A stretch of DNA of 64,000 bases, taken from the NCBI GenBank assembly GCA_945898275.1, contig CAMDHZ010000008.1:67542-131541 (forward strand). The letters are read 5' to 3'. A program made the translations under genes and the position numbers. Within the stretch, counting starts at the first letter, position 1; each line of letters starts with the position of its first letter. This document shows positions 29,541 to 39,037 of this stretch, in pieces. This DNA is from Chitinophaga pinensis. Lineage in GTDB: Bacteria > Bacteroidota > Bacteroidia > UKL13-3. The notes beneath the pieces were generated by a model. It was given only the letters and a program-made list of their open reading frames with translations, did not search any database and had not been told where the DNA came from.

Positions 29541-30014
29541 TTACGACAACAACTCTTGTCTAAGGATAAACTCCATTTGATCAGCACTGCGCTCTGCCGC
29601 ATCTGTGCGCTTGGCTTTTGTTCTAATTTCCTCTTCTTCTGCAAACTTAGCGATTGCCTTTTGTATGGTTTCATCCAATAAAGGCTCTTCCCAAGGTTTG
29701 TTTAAGTAAGCGAAAATCTTCCCTAAATTTACAGCATCAACGGTGTCTTCAAAATTGGCAAAACCTGTAAGCATAATTCTGATTGGAAAAGGATGCAGGT
29801 CAACTAGTTTTTTTAAAAATTCTACTCCAGTAATTTCTGGCATGCGTTGGTCGGTTATGACAACTTGAATATCAGGATTTTTCTCTAAAACAACCAAAGC
29901 ATCTAAAGCACTAATTGCAATAAATACATGATATTTTATTCTAAAACATGCCTTAAAAGACATGAGGTTATTTTCTTCATCATCTACATACAATACCTTA
30001 ATCTTTGTACTCAT
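29541..30014 (-). CDS. Stand-alone response regulator receiver protein
   Basis: VLYVDDE, VITDQRMP, MLTG, YLNKPW. Confidence 0.93.
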   Translation of the reverse strand: MSTKIKVLYVDDEENNLMSFKACFRIKYHVFIAISALDALVVLEKNPDIQVVITDQRMPEITGVEFLKKLVDLHPFPIRIMLTGFANFEDTVDAVNLGKIFAYLNKPWEEPLLDETIQKAIAKFAEEEEIRTKAKRTDAAERSADQMEFILRQELLS

Positions 30015-30100
30015 AATGTTTACCTAAACTTAAAATCAAATATAAAAGTAATTATTTATTTTGCTATTATTGTTATTCTAACAGCAATTATAATATTTTA

Positions 30101-32359
30101 ATGGAGTATACGACTTTGCAAATTACGCCTGAAATTTTAAAATTTACCCAAGCTGTTGAACTTGAGGAATGTATTTCAAGTCTTAAAGAAATCAGTCCTT
30201 TAAAGGTATTTGATAGTATTCAATTACAACTTAAAGACCTTTATAAATGTTTACATCCTCAATTGCCCTTTGCAGCCGCTGCATTTGAAATTTGGCTTAA
30301 AGATAGATTGGCAGATAAGCCATTGAGTTGTTATGGTAATTGGATTTGGTACCCTAGAGAGCGGGACCTAGTTCATCTGTTGCCAGAAGAAGAATTTATT
30401 TTGGTTCGAACCAACCGAAATAAATATAAAATAACCCAACAAGAGCAGGATATTTTGAGTGAAAAAGTTGTTGGGATAATTGGCCTTAGTGTTGGTCAAA
30501 CGGTTGCCATTGCCATTGCCATGGAACGTGGTGCTGGAGAAATAAGATTGGCAGATTTTGATACTATTGACCTAAGTAATCTCAATCGATTACGTTGCTC
30601 AATTACTGATATCGATTTAAACAAAGCAGAGATTTGTGCTAGAGAAATATGGAGAATTGACCCCTATCTTAAGGTTCGAATTTTTAAAGAGGGTCTTCAT
30701 GCCGGAAATATTGACGCATTTTTTACAGAAGGAGCTAAGCTCAATTTATTGATTGAAGAATGCGATGCCTTGGACATTAAAGTTTTGGCTAGACACAAGG
30801 CAAAAGAGCTAGGAATTCCAGTTTTAATGGAAACCAATGACCGCTGTTTAATTGACATTGAACGCTTTGATTTGGAACCAGAAAGGCCTTTGCTTCACGG
30901 CTTAATGGGAGACCTAGACCCTGAGAAACTGAAAGGATTAAGTCAGGAAGAAAAAATAACTTATTTGATGCCAATGGTGGGCTTGCAAGCTTTATCCGAG
31001 CGCATGAAAGCCTCAATGATTGAAGTGCAAAGTTCTATAAGCAGTTGGCCGCAATTGGCTTCTGCCGTGACTATGGGAGCTGGAGTGGCAGCAGATTTAA
31101 GTAGAAAGATTCTATTAAATGAGTCCACCGTTTCAGGCAGATTTTATGTTGATTTAGACGAGTTAATTCCACAACCTATTCAACTAAAAACAGCAATTGA
31201 ATTGGAAATCAGACCGGCTTTGTTGCAAGAACAAGAGTTAAAAACATATATTAACAAGGCTCGGTTTGAACCTAGACCAGATTTGTTAGATGAAATAGAG
31301 AAGCAAAATTTATTGAAAGCATGTATACATGCGCCGTCAGGAGGGAATTGCCAGCCATGGAAATTCTATTTTCACCAAGGAAATTTGTATATTTTTCATG
31401 AGCTGCACCATTCTGTTTCTATGTTAGATTTTGGACATTTTGGTACCTATCTATCCATTGGAGCGGTTGTTGAAAATGCTAGAATTTATGCAAATTCACT
31501 GGGTTTGCTTTTGAATTGTAGTTATTTTCCAGATGCAAGTAATACAATGCTTGTGGCGGCATTGAACTTTGAAAAGTCTTTTGGTCAAGTTGGTCATGTT
31601 TTAACTGTGCAACAACTCTTTGAGCGCCATACAAATCGGTTATTTACAATAAGAAAGGAATTAGATGTTGAACATGAAAAAGCCTTGCTCGACTTGATTG
31701 GTTCAAACCGAATTGGCAACCTGACCTTGATTAAAGATGCAGCTGAAATGAAGGAAGTTGCTGAAATATTAACTGAAGCAGAAAAGTTGTTGTTATTGAA
31801 TCCCCGCGGCCATCAAGATATATTTGAAAGAGAAATTCGTTGGACGAAGGAGGAAGCTGAGGCAAAAAGGGATGGAATTGATTTAGCCACATTAAACATG
31901 AGCAAGGCAGAGGTAATTGCCTTAAAAGTAGCTGGCAGCAGAAAAGTAATGGAGTGGGTGAGTAAATTTGATGGGGGCGAGGCATTTAAGAAAAACACTA
32001 AAAAAGTCATTGCTGCCTCTTCTGCAATAGGAATATTAAGTATGCCATTTCAAAATGTTGAGGCATATTTGCATGGGGGAGAATTAATGGAGCGCATCTG
32101 GATAAAATCCAATGCAATGGGATTAGCTTTTCAACCTGTAACGCAGTTCAGCTATTTATTAGCAAGAGCTGTAAACAATGGAAATGGATTGAATAGGGTC
32201 GAATATGAAAAATTGATTGAGTTAAAAAATCAATTAATTTTAAGGTTTCCAAATCTAAATCAAAGGGAGATTGTATTTATTTTTAGAATTGGTTACACCG
32301 AAAAAACACCAGTCATGGCTATGAGAAGGGAGATTGAAACAATGGTAATTAAAGACTAA
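30101..32359 (+). CDS. ThiF/E1-like adenylation - nitroreductase fusion (Rv1355c/MoeY/OxzB-like)
   Basis: RTNRNKYKIT, GIIGLSVG, LADFDTIDLSNLNR, NKAE (ThiF). HAPSGGNCQPW and RHTNR (nitroreductase folds). Confidence 0.85.
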   Translation: MEYTTLQITPEILKFTQAVELEECISSLKEISPLKVFDSIQLQLKDLYKCLHPQLPFAAAAFEIWLKDRLADKPLSCYGNWIWYPRERDLVHLLPEEEFILVRTNRNKYKITQQEQDILSEKVVGIIGLSVGQTVAIAIAMERGAGEIRLADFDTIDLSNLNRLRCSITDIDLNKAEICAREIWRIDPYLKVRIFKEGLHAGNIDAFFTEGAKLNLLIEECDALDIKVLARHKAKELGIPVLMETNDRCLIDIERFDLEPERPLLHGLMGDLDPEKLKGLSQEEKITYLMPMVGLQALSERMKASMIEVQSSISSWPQLASAVTMGAGVAADLSRKILLNESTVSGRFYVDLDELIPQPIQLKTAIELEIRPALLQEQELKTYINKARFEPRPDLLDEIEKQNLLKACIHAPSGGNCQPWKFYFHQGNLYIFHELHHSVSMLDFGHFGTYLSIGAVVENARIYANSLGLLLNCSYFPDASNTMLVAALNFEKSFGQVGHVLTVQQLFERHTNRLFTIRKELDVEHEKALLDLIGSNRIGNLTLIKDAAEMKEVAEILTEAEKLLLLNPRGHQDIFEREIRWTKEEAEAKRDGIDLATLNMSKAEVIALKVAGSRKVMEWVSKFDGGEAFKKNTKKVIAASSAIGILSMPFQNVEAYLHGGELMERIWIKSNAMGLAFQPVTQFSYLLARAVNNGNGLNRVEYEKLIELKNQLILRFPNLNQREIVFIFRIGYTEKTPVMAMRREIETMVIKD

Positions 32360-33046
32360 ATGATTAGAATTCGTGCATTTAAGGTGACGGATGACCACTC
32401 CGCCTGCTTGAGGTACATCAAGGGGCACCATTTGGTATTAGAGTCTTATGGCGTTACTAAGGTTACATCTTTAAATGCAGATTGGATAGATGACCCCAAT
32501 ACTTATGCGATTATAGTTGAATCAGAAGACAGCAAAAAGGTTTATGGTGGAGGCAGGGTTCAGATTAAAAGTGATACCTTAAAAATGCCTATGGAAGATG
32601 CAATAGCCATTTTGGATGATAGAATTTATGACTATACTGAAAAAATTGGGAAGTATCAGGTTGCAGAGTTTTGTGGGCTTTGGAATTCTAAAGAAATAGC
32701 TGGATATGGAATAGGTAGCATTTATATGGGCAGAGTGGGCGTTGCAGTAGCCTCCCAGCTTGGTGTGCAATTAATGGCCTTATGTTCACCAGGAACCTTA
32801 CGCAATTGCTTAAAAGTAGGATTTGATATCATAAGAGAGTTAGGGAACAACGGAACTTTTTATTATCCTAAGGAAGATTTAACGGCAACTGCACTTATAA
32901 TTAATGATTTAGTTAATTTACCTTTTGCCAATCCAGATGAAAAATTGGCAATTGAAAAAATAAAATCTAACTTGAGCGGCGGAGCTACAGAAAAAGGGCC
33001 AAAAGGCGTAATGGATTTTATATATGATTTGCAAATAAACCGATGA
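32360..33046 (+). CDS. Putative N-acyltransferase (GNAT/Rv1356c/OxzA-like)
   Basis: Abuts the ThiF-NTR stop. VYGGGRVQ, VAEFCGLWNS..AGYG, FYYP. The fold call is inferred from pattern and context. Confidence 0.55.
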   Translation: MIRIRAFKVTDDHSACLRYIKGHHLVLESYGVTKVTSLNADWIDDPNTYAIIVESEDSKKVYGGGRVQIKSDTLKMPMEDAIAILDDRIYDYTEKIGKYQVAEFCGLWNSKEIAGYGIGSIYMGRVGVAVASQLGVQLMALCSPGTLRNCLKVGFDIIRELGNNGTFYYPKEDLTATALIINDLVNLPFANPDEKLAIEKIKSNLSGGATEKGPKGVMDFIYDLQINR

Positions 33047-35190
33047 AGAAAATTATACTTTTTTTAAGTTTCTTGCTTACTTCAATGCTTTCATTTGGGC
33101 AGAAGCCTATTCTATTTGAAGGGACCAAGCAACTTGTCTTTCAACAAAGTATTTATTTTATTGATTCATCAAAAGTTGCTGGTCCAAATGAAGTAAATCA
33201 AGCTATACATGAAGGAAAGGGTTTTGCAGGGGTATTAGATTTAGACTATACAAAGTATCCTGTTTGGGTATATTTAAAAGTTTTGAATAAATCAAAAAGT
33301 AACCGGTTAACCATAACCATAGAAAATCCATTAATAGATTCAGCCGCCTTATTTTTGATTAATGATTCGCCACTTCCTTATCAACAAAATTATCTAGGTG
33401 AGGGGTATAAAAATCGTGCCTTAGCTGGAACTTATATAAGATTTAATTTACCTTCTGAAATAGGGGATACTAGTACATTTTTGTTAAAAGTATCAGGTAC
33501 AGAACAAATGCTTTTGCCTTTTTCAATTCAAACCGAAAAGGAAAGTCTTTCTAGTTCCATGGAACGAAATTTAATTTACGGTATTTTTATTGGTGTAGTG
33601 CTTGTAATGTTCTTTTATAACCTCTTTGTGTTTTTCTCCACAAGAGACCAAAATTACTTTTATTACATTCTTTATATACTTTTTATAGGTTTGGGTCAAG
33701 CCACCTTGAGTGGACATATTTACGCTTTATTGTTGGGTGATTATGCCGTTTTACATAAACTTTCTATCGTTGTTTTGCCAGCAATGTCGGGTGTTACTGC
33801 GATTTTATTTATTCAACATTTTTTGCAAGTAGAAAAGTTTGAACCTAAATTAAATAAGGCGCTTTGGGTGGTTTTAGTTTCTTATGGATTGGCTGCTTTT
33901 GTGAGAATAATTGGCTATCATCAAATTAGTGCAAGAATGATGGATAGCATTGGATTACCTGGTGCAGCTTTGGTTTACATAATTGCCATAAGAATTTATA
34001 AAAAGGGAGTTAAATCGGCCATTTATTTTATCATTGCTTGGACTGTCTTCATTATTGGGGTTGCCCTTTTTGTGTTGCGGAATTTTGGTTTGGTTCCTTT
34101 AACACCTATTACAACCTATACCTTACCATTTGGAGCGGCAATAGAAGTTGCTCTGTTATCTTTTGCCCTAGCCAACAAGATAAACACGCTTCAATCCGAA
34201 AAAAGTGAAAAGGAAAAGGAAGTAATGATAGCCATGTTAGAGAATGAGCGACTAGTGCGAGAACAAAATGAGATTTTGGAGCATAAAGTTAAGGAAAGAA
34301 CTACCGAATTGTATCAATCAAACAACCAATTATCTGAAGCAATTACCAATTTAAGAAACACCCAAACCCAACTAATTGAACAAGAGAAAATGGCGTCTTT
34401 GGGTCAGCTTACTGCTGGAATAGCGCATGAAATAAACAATCCAATAAACTTTGTAACTTCGAATATTAGTCCTTTGAAAAGGGATATTAAAATGCTAACT
34501 GATTTAATACATGCCCTCGAGGAACAAGTTGGTTTAGAAGGCAGCATTGAAGAGAAGAAAGCTAAAATAGAAAGTTTAAAGGAGGAAATTGACTATGAAT
34601 ATTTGCAAGAAGAACTTGGCTTTTTGCTAAAAGGAATTGATGATGGAGCCCACAGAACTTCTGAAATAGTAAAAGGTTTAAGGATATTTGCAAGGCAAGA
34701 TGAAGACGCACTGCTCGAAGCTGATTTAATAGAAGGGATTAACTCAACGCTTGTCATTTTGAACAATCAATTAGCTGGAATTAAGATTGAAAAGGATATG
34801 CCAACGCATCTTCCTATTCAATGTTATCCAGGAAAACTCAATCAGGTTTTTCTTAACTTGCTAAGTAATGCAATTTATGCTATTCATGAAAGACATAAAG
34901 ATTCTGAAAATGGATTGATTATTATAAAGGTTGAACAACAGGAAGATGATGTTTTTATTAAACTTGAGGATAATGGAACTGGCATGTCTGAAGAGGTGAA
35001 GAATAAAGTGTTTGAACCCTTTTTTACTACCAAACCTGTTGGAGACGGAACAGGATTAGGTATGTCAATAGTTTTTAAAACCATAGAAATGCATCATGGG
35101 AAAATTAAGGTAGAATCCCAATTAGGAAAGGGAACTTCCTTTGAAATAATTTTGAAAAAATCTATAAACCAAACTTCTAAAAATGTCTGA
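33043..35190 (+). CDS. 7TMR-DISM sensor histidine kinase
   Basis: Signal peptide, periplasmic DISMED2-like region (YPVWVYL, ENPLID), 7TM region (FYNLFVFFSTRD.NYFYY, LLSFALA), H-box AHEINNP, NQVFLNLLSNA, FTTKPVGDGTGLG. Confidence 0.93.
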   Translation: MKKIILFLSFLLTSMLSFGQKPILFEGTKQLVFQQSIYFIDSSKVAGPNEVNQAIHEGKGFAGVLDLDYTKYPVWVYLKVLNKSKSNRLTITIENPLIDSAALFLINDSPLPYQQNYLGEGYKNRALAGTYIRFNLPSEIGDTSTFLLKVSGTEQMLLPFSIQTEKESLSSSMERNLIYGIFIGVVLVMFFYNLFVFFSTRDQNYFYYILYILFIGLGQATLSGHIYALLLGDYAVLHKLSIVVLPAMSGVTAILFIQHFLQVEKFEPKLNKALWVVLVSYGLAAFVRIIGYHQISARMMDSIGLPGAALVYIIAIRIYKKGVKSAIYFIIAWTVFIIGVALFVLRNFGLVPLTPITTYTLPFGAAIEVALLSFALANKINTLQSEKSEKEKEVMIAMLENERLVREQNEILEHKVKERTTELYQSNNQLSEAITNLRNTQTQLIEQEKMASLGQLTAGIAHEINNPINFVTSNISPLKRDIKMLTDLIHALEEQVGLEGSIEEKKAKIESLKEEIDYEYLQEELGFLLKGIDDGAHRTSEIVKGLRIFARQDEDALLEADLIEGINSTLVILNNQLAGIKIEKDMPTHLPIQCYPGKLNQVFLNLLSNAIYAIHERHKDSENGLIIIKVEQQEDDVFIKLEDNGTGMSEEVKNKVFEPFFTTKPVGDGTGLGMSIVFKTIEMHHGKIKVESQLGKGTSFEIILKKSINQTSKNV

Positions 35191-36277
35191 ATTAAAATTA
35201 GCCAAACCAGTTGTTCTTTATGTAGATGATGAACGCAATAATTTGATGTCATTTAAGGCTTCTTTCCGTTTGGATTTTGAAGTATTATTAGCAAATTCAC
35301 CAGATGAAGCTTTTGATTTACTGAAGAAGCATAAACCGCAAGTAATCATTTCGGATTATAGAATGCCTTTCATGACTGGCGTAGAGATGTTTGAGAAAAT
35401 TCGCTTAATCCATCCAGAACCTTTTCGCGTTTTGCTAACTGCGTACGGAGATGTTGAAGCTTTAACTGATGCAATTAATAAAGGTCAAATATTTCGATAC
35501 ATAAAAAAGCCTTGGATAGAAGATGAAATAAGAAACGTAGTAAAAGATGCCACCGAGTATTACCATACCAAATGGTTGCTAGAAGAAAAAAATAGAGAAT
35601 TGGCTGAAGCATACAAAGAATTGGATAGATTTGTTTACTCTGTTTCCCATGATTTACGTTCACCACTTATGGGTATTTTAGCCATTGCAGGTTTCCTTCA
35701 AAAAACTCAGAAAATGGATGAGGTGCATGAGTTTGGAGACATGATTACCAGTAATGTTACTAGATTAGATGAATTTATCTCTAACCTATTGGAGTACTAT
35801 AAAGTTAAACGCGGGGAACTTACCATTTCCAGTGTAAAATTTGATAAATTATTGGATGAAATCAAGGGTATTTATGCCATCGAGATGATGGAAAAGAAAA
35901 TCAATTGTGAAATTTTTGTTACCCAAAATGAAGAATTTAGAAGCGATAAACTTGTTTTGTTAATTGTGATTCAAAATTTAATATCCAATTCTATCAAATA
36001 TCAAAAACTCGATAATCCTGATAAACAAATATTAATGTCTGCAACAGTGAACAGGGGAGAAGTTACTATTATTGTAAAAGACAATGGAATTGGCATTGGC
36101 AAAGAATTCCAACCTAGGGTATTTGAAATGTTTTTTAGGGCATCCTCTCAAGCTATGGGCTCTGGAATTGGCCTTTATAACGCTAATATGGCACTTAATA
36201 AACTAGGCGGAGAAATAGCCATTGAGTCTGATACAGGACAAGGAACAGCCTTCATTCTTAAAATTCCGAGCAAATAG
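35183..36277 (+). CDS. Hybrid receiver - histidine kinase
   Basis: LYVDDE, ISDYRMP, KPW receiver; SVSHDLRSP H-box, NLISNSIKY, DNGIG, GSGIGL. Confidence 0.93.
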   Translation: MSELKLAKPVVLYVDDERNNLMSFKASFRLDFEVLLANSPDEAFDLLKKHKPQVIISDYRMPFMTGVEMFEKIRLIHPEPFRVLLTAYGDVEALTDAINKGQIFRYIKKPWIEDEIRNVVKDATEYYHTKWLLEEKNRELAEAYKELDRFVYSVSHDLRSPLMGILAIAGFLQKTQKMDEVHEFGDMITSNVTRLDEFISNLLEYYKVKRGELTISSVKFDKLLDEIKGIYAIEMMEKKINCEIFVTQNEEFRSDKLVLLIVIQNLISNSIKYQKLDNPDKQILMSATVNRGEVTIIVKDNGIGIGKEFQPRVFEMFFRASSQAMGSGIGLYNANMALNKLGGEIAIESDTGQGTAFILKIPSK

Positions 36278-36318
36278 AAATTCTTGCGCAAACAGCTCTT
36301 CTTGCTTAACTTGCGTGA

Positions 36319-39033
36319 ATGAAATTTTTAAAAATTTTTGGAATTAGCTTAGTTGTTTTATTCCTACTCTTATTAATCGCTCCTTTTCTTTTTAAAGGTA
36401 AAATTGTAGCTGCTGTAAAAAGTGCAACAAACGAGCAACTCAATGCCACGCTTTCTTTTAATGAAGACATTGGCTTGAGCTTAATCAGTAGTTTCCCTAA
36501 TCTATCTTTAACCATTAAAGATATTACGCTAATTAACAAAGCGCCATTTCTTGGAGATACGCTTTTTGCAACCAAAGAATTTAACGCTGTTTTAGATATT
36601 ATGAGCGTTATTAATGGGGAGCAAATCAATATTCGAAAAGTATTCTTGGATCAACCCAAAATTTATGCAGCAATTCTCCCTGATGGTTCTGCCAATTGGG
36701 ATATTACCTTAGTAGATTCAACTGCGTCACAAACGCCAGAGGATACTGCTAGTTCAGCCTTTTCTCTCAAATTAAGAAGCCTTGAAATCAAAGAAGGGCA
36801 TCTAATTTATGACGACAAACAAGGCAATATGAAAGCCGCTCTTCATAACCTTAATTATAAACTTTCTGGAGATTTTTCAGAAACACTTATGACAATGTTA
36901 AGCAATCTTTCTATTGAAGCGCTAACCTATGAAATGGATGGGATAACTTATTTAAACAAAGTTAAGGCTGCAATGGACGGAACTATTGAGGCAAATCTCA
37001 ACCAAATGCAGTTTGCCTTTAAAGAGAATACTTTTAAGCTTAATGCCCTAGAAATGGGTCTTGATGGTAACTTGGCCATGCCAGGTGATGACATGATTAT
37101 GGACCTCAAATGGGGGGTTAAACAAAATGATATTGCACAATTCTTATCCTTAATTCCTGCAGTTTACGCCAGCGATATGAAAGACCTTCAATCAAAAGGT
37201 AAGCTTACTTTAAACGGTTTTATCAAAGGAACTTATAATGAAACCTTAATGCCAGGTTTCGGTTTGAACCTAAGCATTGAAGAGGGTTGGTTTAAATACA
37301 CCGCTTTGCCCTATCCTTTAGAAGCATTGAATGTGAAGTTATCAGTTAATAATCCTGATGGAGTGCCAGACCATACCGAGATCAACCTTGAGAAATTACA
37401 TTGGTTATTACAAGGTGATGCTTTTGACGCCAAACTAATTGCAAAAACACCAGAAAGTGATCCTTATGTTGACGCTGTTTTTGCAGGGAAAATTAACCTA
37501 GGAAACCTAGGCAATTTAGTTCCGCTGCCAACAGGCACACAATTGCAAGGCGTTTTAACATCAGACCTTGCCGCAAAAGGAAATATGAGCACCTTAGATA
37601 AAGGCAATTATGAAGCCTTCGAAGCCAAAGGAAGCTTGCAAATTTCTAAATTGCTATATGCTTCATCTGATTTGCCGAAGCCTTTCAAGATTAATGAAGC
37701 AAGCATGAATTTTACGCCAAAGCAAGTGCTGCTTAATAATTTCGACGCTTCCATTGGCAATAGCGATTTTAAACTAAATGGTGCTTTAGAGAATTTTTAT
37801 GGATACTACTTAGGCAATGCAGTGCTCAAAGGGAACTTAAACCTTAACAGCCAATTGCTGGATGCTAACGAATGGTTAAGTGAAGACCCAGAGGCTGCCA
37901 CAGAGGATACAGCTGCAATGAGCATTGTACTTTTGCCAGAAAATATAGATTTTCAATTTAATAGCAATATTCAGAAATTACTATACACCAACATGGAAAT
38001 TACCAACTTCAAGGGAGGTGTTCATTTGGCAAATAAGCAATTAGATTTACAAAAAATTGCATTGGACTTATTAGGTTCAAACATGAAGTTGGATGGCTTT
38101 TATGAAACTAAAAATCCAATGGTGCCAACAACCAAAATTGACTTTAGCATCCAGAATTTAGATGTTCAGGCTGCTTATAAAACCTTCAATACTGTTAAGA
38201 AATTGGCGCCAGCAGCAGAAAACATCAGTGGAAAAATTAGTACAGTATTTACTATGAATACAGCTTTAACTTCCACCATGCAACCTGATTTAAATACCTT
38301 GATAGCTGAAGGATATTTGAGTATTCCACAGGCATCAATTGGAAACATTAATGCCCTTAACAAGGTTGCCGAGGTCTTAGCAAAACCAGAGTACAAACAA
38401 GTTTCAGTTACAAATGCAAAAATAAACTGGAAGGTATTAAATGGTAGAGTTTATACTGAACCTTTTAATGTGAAAATGGGTACACAAAACATTGAGTTAA
38501 GTGGTTCAACTGGTTTGGATCAAACCATTGCCTATAATGGATTAATAAATATTCCACGTAAAGATCTTGGTGCAGCCGATGCCGCAATCAATTCGGCCAT
38601 TAAACAGTTTAACTCAGCATTAGGTTCAGACCTTAAACTAAATGAAACATTACCATTGGTGTTAAACATTGGAGGCACTTTTACCAAGCCAGAAGTTAAA
38701 ACTAACCTAAAAGATTTGTTAAGTAATCAAGCGGGTTCTGTTAAAGATAAAGCCTTAGAGGAGGCAAAAAAGAAAGCCAAAGAGCTAGAAGCAAAAGCAC
38801 GTGAAGATGCTGCAAAACTGCGCAAAGAGGCTGAGGATAAAGCAAAGGCTGAGTCCCAAAAATTGAAATCAGAAGCAGAGGCTAAGGTAAATGCCGAGAA
38901 AGAAAAATTGAAGAAAGAAGCTGAGGCTAAAAAGAAAGAAGCAGAGGCCAAGGCCAAAGCAGAAGCCGACAAAGCTAAGAAGCAAGCTGAAGAAGAGGCT
39001 AAAAAGAAGTTAAAGGGACTTCTAAAACCATAA
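36319..39033 (+). CDS. AsmA-like protein with Lys/Ala/Glu-rich C-terminal tail
   Basis: N-terminal TM, FPNLSL, beta-rich repeats, GGTFTKP; about 95 aa EAKKKA-type tail. Confidence 0.85.
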   Translation: MKFLKIFGISLVVLFLLLLIAPFLFKGKIVAAVKSATNEQLNATLSFNEDIGLSLISSFPNLSLTIKDITLINKAPFLGDTLFATKEFNAVLDIMSVINGEQINIRKVFLDQPKIYAAILPDGSANWDITLVDSTASQTPEDTASSAFSLKLRSLEIKEGHLIYDDKQGNMKAALHNLNYKLSGDFSETLMTMLSNLSIEALTYEMDGITYLNKVKAAMDGTIEANLNQMQFAFKENTFKLNALEMGLDGNLAMPGDDMIMDLKWGVKQNDIAQFLSLIPAVYASDMKDLQSKGKLTLNGFIKGTYNETLMPGFGLNLSIEEGWFKYTALPYPLEALNVKLSVNNPDGVPDHTEINLEKLHWLLQGDAFDAKLIAKTPESDPYVDAVFAGKINLGNLGNLVPLPTGTQLQGVLTSDLAAKGNMSTLDKGNYEAFEAKGSLQISKLLYASSDLPKPFKINEASMNFTPKQVLLNNFDASIGNSDFKLNGALENFYGYYLGNAVLKGNLNLNSQLLDANEWLSEDPEAATEDTAAMSIVLLPENIDFQFNSNIQKLLYTNMEITNFKGGVHLANKQLDLQKIALDLLGSNMKLDGFYETKNPMVPTTKIDFSIQNLDVQAAYKTFNTVKKLAPAAENISGKISTVFTMNTALTSTMQPDLNTLIAEGYLSIPQASIGNINALNKVAEVLAKPEYKQVSVTNAKINWKVLNGRVYTEPFNVKMGTQNIELSGSTGLDQTIAYNGLINIPRKDLGAADAAINSAIKQFNSALGSDLKLNETLPLVLNIGGTFTKPEVKTNLKDLLSNQAGSVKDKALEEAKKKAKELEAKAREDAAKLRKEAEDKAKAESQKLKSEAEAKVNAEKEKLKKEAEAKKKEAEAKAKAEADKAKKQAEEEAKKKLKGLLKP

Positions 39034-39037
39034 CAGC

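Noticed and set aside
30101..32359. Molybdopterin or thiamine biosynthesis (MoeB/ThiF proper)
   Set aside because: No sulfur-carrier gene or CxxC zinc motifs, and the nitroreductase fusion and neighbours point elsewhere.
38727..38972. Ala/Ser/Phe-rich minus-strand ORF
   Set aside because: It is the antisense shadow of the Lys/Ala/Glu tail of the AsmA-like gene.
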